Assembly (NCBI GenBank): GCA_002269645.1 | Contig: NIVC01001101.1 | Span: forward strand, 310,001-374,000 | Reading direction: 5' to 3' | Length of the DNA: 64,000 nucleotides | Source of the DNA: Macrostomum lignano | Lineage: Eukaryota | In this document: piece after piece, positions 37,355 to 45,938 of the stretch | Numbering within the stretch: the stretch's first letter is position 1 | Layout of the letters: each line of letters starts with the position of its first letter | Made by a program: the position numbers and the translations under genes | The notes under the pieces: generated by a model | Seen by the model: the letters and a program-made list of their open reading frames with translations, nothing else | Databases searched by the model: none | What the model was told of the DNA's origin: nothing

Positions 37355-38122
37355 ATGGACATCTGTGAAGGCTATAAAACACAAGTCCAGGAGTTTGAAG
37401 GACAAAAATTTATCGCTATTCGCAAGTTTTACCGACACGGCAGCACGGCAAGTCTGAAGCCAGGCGTCCCAGGATTCAACCTGAATGTTCACCAATGGAA
37501 GAAATTGAAGGAGGTGAAACGCTCACTTGTGATTTCTGCACGCAACAACGAGCCCAAGGTCGTGAAACTCGGCTTCGATAAGTTTGTGGAAGTCAAAGGC
37601 GGCATCATTTGGCTCAAACGGCTGCCGGAAGATTGCTGCGAGGAGTTTTTGAGACGAAACGCCGTACCACTGACTCCGCCGCTGTGGCAGAAGCTCTGGA
37701 AAATCGCCTCCTGGATCGACGGTCAGCTGGTGGCTCCCTTGAGGAACTCAATGCAGTACGAGCTGGAGTCTGATGAGGAAGAGGAGGAAGAGGACAAGAA
37801 GCTCAAGTTGGAGGCTGACCAGGACACGAAGCCCATAATGGAGACTGATGAGGGCGGAGAGCATGCTGATGACGAGGACGTTAGCTCGCCCACAAGGCCG
37901 CGCATTGTGACTGAGCCAATCACATCCACACCGATACCTTTGGTTGATTCTGATGCTGGACTGCTTCCGCAGCGGGACACCAACCTTGAGGAAGATCCGG
38001 TGTGGTATCAGTTCAGGGCGCATGCAGCGGCTTCGACGGTGAGCAGCAGGAAGCGAAAGCTGCCATTTCAACTTCGTCGGCAGGACGCGATGAGGCTGCC
38101 CAATGTTCGCTTTGATAACTGA
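37355..38122 (+). CDS. Tandem PC4/Sub1-like (ssDNA-binding/coactivator) domain protein with acidic tail
   Basis: VQEFEGQKFIAIRKFY...KPG..GFNLNVHQWKKLKE aligns to PC4 VRDFKGKVLIDIREYW...KPGRKGISLNPEQWSQLKE; second degenerate repeat KLGFDKFVEV...LTPPLWQKL...ID; RKRK NLS-like. Confidence 0.8.
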   Translation: MDICEGYKTQVQEFEGQKFIAIRKFYRHGSTASLKPGVPGFNLNVHQWKKLKEVKRSLVISARNNEPKVVKLGFDKFVEVKGGIIWLKRLPEDCCEEFLRRNAVPLTPPLWQKLWKIASWIDGQLVAPLRNSMQYELESDEEEEEEDKKLKLEADQDTKPIMETDEGGEHADDEDVSSPTRPRIVTEPITSTPIPLVDSDAGLLPQRDTNLEEDPVWYQFRAHAAASTVSSRKRKLPFQLRRQDAMRLPNVRFDN

Positions 38123-38448
38123 ACAGCTAGAATGCTTTGAATGCATTGGACTAACTAAATTACTTTTAGCTTGCACATGATTATCCAGCCTATATCTGAC
38201 GGCACTATGCTGTTTTTTATCTCTGCTATTTCTGAAATGCTGGTGTGCGAGTGTTTTAGTGTTCGTTTTTATGGATTGTTTGCTTTCGGAAAATACACCG
38301 ACTGTTACGATGTTAGAGGTTTCAATCTGACAGTAATAAATTAATTTGCCACTCGTTTCTCTATCATTTAATTGGAATATAAATTTCTACTTAAGAAAAA
38401 ATACTGTACAGCTAGAGCAGGTGGATAGGCACGTATCTTGATAAACCC

Positions 38449-39519
38449 ATGATGGAGAAAATTTATTTGAAACCTGAGCAACCGGCTAGTTTTTCTTGTG
38501 CCTCAAAGTTGCTGCATGAAGTGAGGCAAAGAGGTGATCGAATATCTGCAAAGAGCATTGAGCAGTGGCTCAGCGAGCAGCCAGTGCACACTCTGCACAA
38601 GCCAGCTAGGAGGCGATATCCAAGGGCCCCAATCATAGTGCGCGCAATCGATGATCAGTGGGAACTTGACTTAGTGGAAATGATTCCATTTGCAAAGCAT
38701 AATAAAGGCTACAAATATATTCTCACATGCATTGACGTGCTCTCAAAATGTGCTTGGGCCAAGGCACTGAAAAATAAATCTGCTGCAGAAGTGAAGTCAG
38801 CATTCGAGAGCATACTGAGAAGTTCAAAGCGACAGCCGCGCACAGTTCGCACAGATCAGGGGAAGGAATTTATCAACTCCACTTTCCGTCAATACTGCAT
38901 TGACAGAGGGATTCTGGCTTTCCCAACTAACAGCGAGCAGAAGGCGGCTGTCATTGAGCGATGGAATCGGACTCTGAAAAGTAGAATGTGGCGCTACTTC
39001 ACCTACAAGAGCACACTGCACTGGCTTGATGTGCTGCCTAAGCTGGTAAAATCCTACAACAATACCTACCACAGAAGCATCAAAATGGCACCCACTAGTG
39101 TCTGCAAAGAGAATGAATCTGAAGTGTGGATGAACCTGTACGACGGAAAAGCAGTCGAGACTCTAGAAAAATTAAGGAAGCCTAAATTCGCTGAAAACCA
39201 GTCAGTGAGAATTTCCAATGCTCCACGGCTATTCAAAAAGGGATACAAAGCGAGCTGGAGTGAGGAAGTGTACACCGTGGTGAGCAGAGCCCCAAAACAT
39301 TATCCCTACATGTACAAGATTAAAGACATGCGGGGGCAAGAGATTCGAGGACTCTTCCATGAGCACGAGCTGCAGGCTGTCCCGGACTCACAGCGGCTGT
39401 ATGTGATTGAGAAGATCCTGAAAACGGAGAAGCGGAAGGGAAAAATTCGCTATCTGGTGAAATGAGCGGGCTACGACTCGACTGGCTGGGTGGATGAAAA
39501 AGACTTAAGAAAGGTTTAG
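38449..39519 (+). CDS. Polinton retroviral-like integrase with C-terminal chromodomain (TGA at 39463-39465)
   Basis: WELDLVEM, RTDQGKEF, IERWNRTLK (DDE intact); YVIEKIL...YLVK*AGY...WV...DL continues past the stop to TAG 39517-39519. Confidence 0.93.
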
Positions 39520-39556
39520 CTTTGGCACATCCCTCATCTTGAAGTTTATCATTATA

Positions 39557-40361
39557 ATGCGAACTATTTTGATTAACAGTGAGCATGCTGAAGGTACTCC
39601 TAGTGACTTTAATTTTTACCTGCCTTCACCTATTTACTTGGATCGAAATGTGGACTATGAGGCAGGTCTGGCTGAAATCCATCTGCCTGCTGCATGGTTC
39701 AATGTTGACGAGCCTTACTGCTTCACTGTCTCAGATGGAAGAGAGCATGAGGCCCTGGTTCTTCAACCCGGACGCTTTGCTAGAGTGGAGGAGCTGGTGG
39801 AGCGCCTGAATGAGCTGCTGGCCAACTCTGATTCGCTGTTCTTTGATGCAATGAGTGACAGGGAGTCTGAGATGGAGGCTGATGAGTCCGGCCTGATGGG
39901 GCGTAGTGGCAACAGGGAATTCGGTATGAAGTTCGGACAACTCACGAACTGTGGTGCACAACAACACTGCGAGAGCAGAGCTGTTTCTTCCATCTAGTAA
40001 AATTCTGCATTGGCTGGGATTTGGAAACCAGGCTGTGAAAATCCAGCCAGGGAGCCGCGTGTCCGAGCATTGCATTGGCTGCCCGCGCACCAGCTTAATC
40101 AATGTGCACTGCAGTATCGTTGAGTCAACTAATTGCAACTGGAGCTCCTTGTTGAGAACAGTTGGAATGAAAGCCGGCATTGAATGGGGCAACTATCAAA
40201 CAAAAATATTTAAGAAAACAATATTCTTCCCGATTCAACGAATCAGTCTTCTTCACAGCATTCGAGTTCAGCTGCGTGACATCTATGGTTGCCCACTGAT
40301 TGCACAGACTCACAGCCCTGTTCTGCTTACAGTTCAACTTCAGGAGAAACGCATTCAATGA
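39557..40361 (+). CDS. Minor capsid (penton-like) protein, frameshifted near 39900-39960
   Basis: N-terminal PSDFNFYLPSPIYL...YEAGLAEIHLP and C-terminal VHCSIVE...LLRTV...IRVQLRD..G.P...VLLTVQL match the Polinton mCP pattern. Confidence 0.78.
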
Positions 40362-40708
40362 ACTACCAGCAGCTAATCCAGCAATATTCGGGGGTGAGGA
40401 CAGGACACGAAAAGCCTGCACTCTATGGCTGTGGGAGCTTCCCAGGGATCATGACATACCAGCCTCCGCCAGCGGCTATATCATCATCATCAGCCTCGAC
40501 GCTTAGCAACGTCAGGCGCAAAAGAAATACTGAAGCAAGTCCGAAACGATTGAAGAAAAAGAAGGGCACCCGAAAGGCAACTGGTGGAAATCGCAGTAAG
40601 AGGTCGAGCAAGGCTAGTGGGAAAAAGCTTAAGAATAGGAAGACGAAAGCAAAGAAGAATAGAGCAGGCGGAGGAAAGCGAAAGCAAAAGTCAGCAAGAA
40701 AACTGTGA
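40358..40708 (+). CDS. Small Lys/Arg-rich protein, candidate virion core protein
   Basis: ATGA overlap with mCP stop; LYGCG motif; strongly basic C-terminal half. Confidence 0.6.
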   Translation: MNYQQLIQQYSGVRTGHEKPALYGCGSFPGIMTYQPPPAAISSSSASTLSNVRRKRNTEASPKRLKKKKGTRKATGGNRSKRSSKASGKKLKNRKTKAKKNRAGGGKRKQKSARKL

Positions 40709-40736
40709 AACGCGTGCTCGACTCTCTGTCATAGAC

Positions 40737-42015
40737 ATGGCTTACGGATTCAATCCCAGACTTGATTTATTTAAGACGCCCGTTCTACAAACCTGCATTG
40801 AAAAAGCTACTTATGTTGATATTCACCCAGTTAATTCCATTGTTGCAAACTCTCCCATTGAATTTGACTGCCACCAATCTGCCGATGAATACACAGATCT
40901 GCTGAATTCTTTTCTTTATATTCGCTGCCGCCTTGTGAGACTGGATGGGGGTTTGCTGAGGGAGGATGTTCGAGATGGAGATGGCATCATCACCGAGCGC
41001 AGAGACAGTGACGTGCACCCAGAAAATTTTGTTCTGTCTACAGCCTTCTCAGATGTAATTGTGAGCATTAACCAGCGAGTGGTGTCTGGTGGAGACCAGC
41101 TCTATCCCTACCATGCGTACTTCAAAGCACTAATGAGCTCATCCGATGCCCAGCAACTAAAACTTTACCCTGCTGGCTTCCTGGAGCCGAACTCGGCAGC
41201 TGAAGAGCACACGGAGAGCCACAGGGAATCCCAATGGATGGAGTATGCGGGGCCGCTCTTCAGCGATGTTTTCCAGTGCCCAGTGTTTCTGCTAAGCAAT
41301 CTGCACCTGCACATCAAACTGGTCCCAGCGATGGGGCCTTTGCCATCAGAACCCGAATGCAAACAACGCGGCATACCGAATGGAAATCTCTCACAGCATT
41401 CTGCATCTTCGCCGAGTCAAAGTGATGCCCCACATCAGCCTGGCCCATGAGCAGGGGCTGACAAACCAAAATGCACTGTATCCCATCGAGCGAACTGAAA
41501 TGCAGAACTTCATCCTACCCCAGGGCATTCAGTCAAAAACATTGAAGGATTCACTCATGGAAAATTGCCGAAGTTTATCATGCTGGCCTTCGTGAGCCAC
41601 CGAGCATTCAACGGTCATCATCACGCGAGCCCGTTCCAGTTCCAGAGCTTCAACCTTAGCCGATTGGCTCTAAAGAAAGGTGGGGAAACCGTGTGCCACG
41701 GCGCCTTCACACCTGAAAACAATTCCTTTGTAAGAGAATACTTGCACTACCTGAAAAGCTGTCAATCTGCAAGCCACACAACTCGGTTCCGTGGATCCCC
41801 TACCAGCTCTTCTCCAACAAAAACACGGTGTTTGCATTCGATCTCACACCAGAGGGAGCGGCTCTGTGGTACGGACAGAAGGAGGGCAACCTGCGGCTGG
41901 AGATTCGCTTCCAACAGGCTCTGAATGAAGCGGTGTCCTGATTGCTATGTGCCTGTATGACTCACTGATTGAGGTCACCAAGCACCGAGAGCTTTTGCTG
42001 GACTATTCATCTTAA
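40737..42015 (+). CDS. Major capsid protein (double jelly-roll, PY-type), several frameshifts (~41331, ~41535, ~41790, ~41940)
   Basis: LDLFKTP.LQT.IEK..YV.I.P...PIEF...Y.DL.NS.LY; LRRVKV; LPKFIMLAFV...AFNG...PF.F; FAFDLTP...GNLRLEIRF. Confidence 0.86.
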
Positions 42016-42020
42016 TTGAC

Positions 42021-42533
42021 ATGGATGCAATTCAACTACTTAATCTCGCCAGAAAATTTTTGCCTTACCAAAAATTTCTCATAGTTACTTTACATTTGCG
42101 CTATAAAAATTCTCTGCCCTTGAATGTAAAAAGAAAATTTAGATCATCAATTTCCTTTGAAAACAAGTTTGTTTTTGTCCTACTTCAGCACAATGGCTCA
42201 TTTGGTCACTGGGTGGTGTGCTATGTTGGGCAAGGAAATCGCATTGAGTTGTTCAACTCCCTCGGCTGGGAACCTGAAATTTTATCTTTGGTTTATAATT
42301 TGTTTCGAGAGATTAAAACAACTGGCTTTTGGCTCCGAAGCAATATAAACAGAGTTCAATGTGCTAACTCTAATAAATGCGGAGTGTTTTGCATCTATTT
42401 TGCTTATCAAAAGTTTCTGTTCAATCGGTCATTTGAGGGGATTTTGAAGCATTTGCATGCTAATGAAAAAAATCATTTGAATGATAGAATCTTACAGAGG
42501 TTTGAAGCCAACTTAAGAAAAAGATGTCCGTGA
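42021..42533 (+). CDS. Adenain-like cysteine (maturation) protease
   Basis: GHW, LFNSLG, VQ....KCG.FC.YF motifs in clan CE order. Confidence 0.86.
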   Translation: MDAIQLLNLARKFLPYQKFLIVTLHLRYKNSLPLNVKRKFRSSISFENKFVFVLLQHNGSFGHWVVCYVGQGNRIELFNSLGWEPEILSLVYNLFREIKTTGFWLRSNINRVQCANSNKCGVFCIYFAYQKFLFNRSFEGILKHLHANEKNHLNDRILQRFEANLRKRCP

Positions 42534-43294
42534 TTTCTAATATTTATGCATTAAACATGGGAGAAAAGCAAGTTTGCTACGATATCCGCCTCAGGCAGGG
42601 AAGCTGCATGATTGTCTGCGGGCCCACCAATGCAGGAAAAACAACCTTTGTCAAACACCTGATCCAGTACAGAGACGTCATGTTTGATGTGAAGCCTGGC
42701 AGAGTTCTGTGGTACTATGGGATCTCACAGGCAGGCCATGCAGAACTGAGCAGCCTAGGTGTGCAGCTGCGCCAGGGATTTCCCACCAACATCGAGGCAG
42801 CACTTAGGCCCAATGACCTGGTTGTTTTCGATGACTTAATAGAGGAAACTTCAAACTCTGCTTCAATGCGAAATTTTTTCACAGGAATCGCACATCACTT
42901 GCCGTGCTTTTTGGTGATGCTGACTCAGAATATATTTTTCAAGGGAAAAGAGTCGCGAACAATGAGCTTGAATGTAATGTATTTAGCTATCTTGAAAAAC
43001 CCCAGAGACCAGCTGCAGATTGCAGCACTGGGCAGGCAGTGCTTTACAGAGAAGCCCGGCTTTCTGCTGTCAGTGTTCAAGCACGTGACCGCGCAGGGCA
43101 GGGGAGCTACCTGTTCCTGATTTCACCCATCAACTCCCGATGAGCTGCGAGTGCGGGCCAGAATTTTGCCCAACCAGCGACCCCATCTTGTATTTGAAAG
43201 TGAAAGTGAAGCTTGTTTTTATCAGCTATTGTTTTCATCGCTATGGAAGTGCTTGATTCACATGCAAGTTTTTTGCGGTTCTTGCGTCACCTAA
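42524..43294 (+). CDS. Packaging ATPase (A32/FtsK-like), C-terminus disrupted near 43100-43130 (end approximate)
   Basis: Walker A GPTNAGKT, Walker B LVVFDDL, AHH...LTQN, SRT.SLN..Y....NPRD; distal HPSTPDELRVR. Confidence 0.92.
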
Positions 43295-43580
43295 ATATAC
43301 CGTGCGCTTCAAGCGGCTGTTGATAAAAAATTGTCCAAAAGAAGTGCGTTATTTTCTTGTCGAGGCCTGCCATAATCTCTTACAAAACAATCTATCGTTT
43401 TCGCTCGATGAAAAAGCTGTTCTTGCAAAGTCAAAAGAGATAATTCGAAAAATTACTCACAAAAGAAGAAAGACAGACTTGTTGAAGGCTGGCTTCATCA
43501 AAATACTCCCGATTCTGCTTAAGCTGGTAAAGAAGAAGAAGCAAAATGAACAAATTTTCAGAAATGGTTCTGATTCCTAA
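43243..43580 (+). CDS. Small Polinton hypothetical protein, one frameshift near 43300
   Basis: ATG 43243 frame shifts into VRFKRLL..C...LVEACHNLL...IRKI...RK..L.KAGFIKILPILLKLV; located between ATPase and next ORF. Confidence 0.55.
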
Positions 43581-44166
43581 AGCAGAGTATGAGATGTTGA
43601 TGCAGAATTTGAAGCCAAATGAGACTACCACTGAAGCTGACTTGAAGCAGGCTCAGAAGAAATGCGATGACATCTTGTATGCCGAGGATTGTCCAGAAGA
43701 TGTGAAAACCGCCATGTACCAAAGTGCAATGCAAAGTTTGCTGGCCAAGCGCAAGCACGCTGGAAAAGAAGGAGCACGCAATACTGAAGCCAAGTTGATG
43801 AAAACAGAGACACCCCAGATGAACACCTGGGAAGAGAAGATCAGCAAGTCGGTGCCACAGAAATTCAAAACCAGGGCTCGCAGTCTGTGGACGATCCTGT
43901 CCACCAATCCAGAGCTGATTCGAGTTTGTGAAAACGGGGAGGTGGAAATCGCAGGCACGTCAATCCCTTCCTCAAACATACTGGACTTGATTCAGCACGC
44001 AGTGAGGGATTCGCCATGTGAGCGTGAACCAGTTGGGTGGAACGAGTTCATCGATTTTCTGCAGCAGAAAAAGCTTAATGTTCCGCTTTCCGCTATTGGT
44101 AAATCAGTTAAGAAGAAAATGGCAACCAGCAGAGGGGTGAACTGGAGAAAGAACAGGAGAGTCTAG
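43546..44166 (+). CDS. Conserved Polinton hypothetical protein (206 aa)
   Basis: Intact ORF; GEVEIAGTSIPSSNILDLI...PVGWNEF...NVP pattern recalled from animal Polinton ORFs. Confidence 0.7.
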   Translation: MNKFSEMVLIPKAEYEMLMQNLKPNETTTEADLKQAQKKCDDILYAEDCPEDVKTAMYQSAMQSLLAKRKHAGKEGARNTEAKLMKTETPQMNTWEEKISKSVPQKFKTRARSLWTILSTNPELIRVCENGEVEIAGTSIPSSNILDLIQHAVRDSPCEREPVGWNEFIDFLQQKKLNVPLSAIGKSVKKKMATSRGVNWRKNRRV

Positions 44167-44217
44167 TCAAGGGGTACGGGAGCAACACAGCCTGGCTGAA
44201 ACTGCCTGCCAGAAAAG

Positions 44218-44225
44218 TATATAAG
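44218..44225 (+). promoter_or_regulatory. TATA box (TATATAAG) upstream of nuclease-like/TBP-like pair
   Basis: ~42 bp before ATG 44267. Confidence 0.5.
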
Positions 44226-44266
44226 AAGGTGGACTGACTCCGAAATTTTCGAAGGAAAGCTGCATC

Positions 44267-44700
44267 ATGAACTACATTGACTTCCAAGGATTCCGTGCAA
44301 CAGCACAAGCAAAAAATTTGTTGTGAAGGAGTTGGCAGTTGTTCAAATCAGAGCGGGGAGCTACCGCATTGCTCACCATGTGTACGCACCTCCGTATCCA
44401 TGGGAGAGAGTCTCACCTGACATGCGAGTTTACTACAGACAGCTATCTAAGAGTCTGCACCAGTTTAAGTGGAATGATGGAACCCGTCCGTACATGGAAC
44501 TGGCGGAAGACATTCTGAGCATTGCCAGTGGTCCGATCTGGTCAAATGGGGAAAGGAAGTCGATTTTCTGACTGAGCTGCTTGGAAGACAGGTTTATAAC
44601 CTAGAAGATTTGGGAGCACCCTCGACTGAAGATTCAGATACTGGCTGTGCAGTGAGAAATTCGTTGCTGCACTACAGTTGGCTTAAGCCAAAGTTCTGCA
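44267..44700 (+). CDS. DEDD/DnaQ-fold-like protein, two frameshifts (~44315, ~44550)
   Basis: Reconstructed MNYIDFQGF...FVVKELAV...H..APPYPW...H.F.WNDG..PY...VYNLEDLGAP...CAVRN. Confidence 0.55.
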
Positions 44701-44784
44701 TCAACTTAAGAAGCGAGCAGTGTCCGTGGCACACGAGCAGTAAAGTTGGCAGAAGCAGATTTGGTGAAGAAGTTGACGATCGAA

Positions 44785-45357
44785 ATGAGCCCACCAGCTA
44801 CAGCCCTAAGAGTGACCAATCTGGTTGGCGGAGTAGATCTGAGACTGGATGGTGGCAGGGGCGCTCAGCTGCCTCTACGGGAACTGGCTCTCAGCATGGC
44901 TCATGTGATCTACCGGCCCGTCTGGCCCCGGGTGCTCATCAAGCGGATGCGAAGTCCCAGAGTGACTCTGCTACTCTACCCTACTGGGCAACTGAGCATC
45001 TGCGGTGCCAAGACCCACGCAGACGCCAAAAGGGCTGCCCGTCGCTTCGTGGCTATGCTGCATCGGAGAGTGCCGGCTCAACTGCTGCCTCATCAAACAA
45101 TTTGTGTTCGAATTAAAACTATTACTGCTCATGGACAGCTCCCAGTTCATTCCGCACTTTCCTTATTAATGTTAAAATCAATTATCCCAAACGCCGAATA
45201 TGAACCAGAATCCTTTTCTGCTTTAATTTTCAATTTAAACTTTTGTAAATGTCTGCTTTTTCACAGCGGCTCTTTTGTTCTCAGTAGAGCTCGGTCCTTG
45301 AATCAGTTGCATACCGATAGCATGCGTCTACTCAATGTAGTTCTTTCCATTGAATAA
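44785..45357 (+). CDS. TATA-binding protein (TBP)-like protein, 190 aa, intact (possible TTG start at 44746)
   Basis: Two TBP repeats: VTNLVG..L...YRP.WP.VLI.R.RSPRVTLLLYPTGQL.I.GAKT..DA..AARRF and YEPESFSALIF...KCLLFHSGSFVL..A. Confidence 0.9.
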   Translation: MSPPATALRVTNLVGGVDLRLDGGRGAQLPLRELALSMAHVIYRPVWPRVLIKRMRSPRVTLLLYPTGQLSICGAKTHADAKRAARRFVAMLHRRVPAQLLPHQTICVRIKTITAHGQLPVHSALSLLMLKSIIPNAEYEPESFSALIFNLNFCKCLLFHSGSFVLSRARSLNQLHTDSMRLLNVVLSIE

Positions 45358-45938
45358 AAATAAAAGTCAAGTCAAGCAATTTGCCGCAAATATTTCAATG
45401 ATTAGTGAAAAGTGAATAAAAGGATAAACTTAGTATTCTTTACATTCATTTTCCCAGGCAGACAGCTATGGAACACTTCAAAAACGTATTTAGCCCATCA
45501 CCAAAAGTATCGCAAAACGCATATCAAATCCGAAAGTAAACAATACTACCATCGTTATAACAAACGATGTGCACCGAGAGAAGAGAAATAGAAAAGTGAT
45601 AGAGAAAATATGATTAAAACGCTGATTGAATTTACAGGAACAATTTATGTCAGATAAAAACCAAAAACACATTTTAAACAAGTAGTACACAAAGCAAACA
45701 AAAATGAATTAATATTGTATGAGCGCACTTGCCACAGCTTTATAAAAAGTAAAACTTAAATTGATATCAATATTTCACGCCGCAAAAACAAATTGACAGC
45801 TAAATCTAGCGCAATTAGCCAAGCATACAAATTTGTAAAAGTTACTACATGCAAGTCACTACATTTAAAACAGAATTTGGCAATTTAAACAACTCTAAAA
45901 GCAAGAAAAAGTACTAAACAGTCTGTTAAACACCCGCA

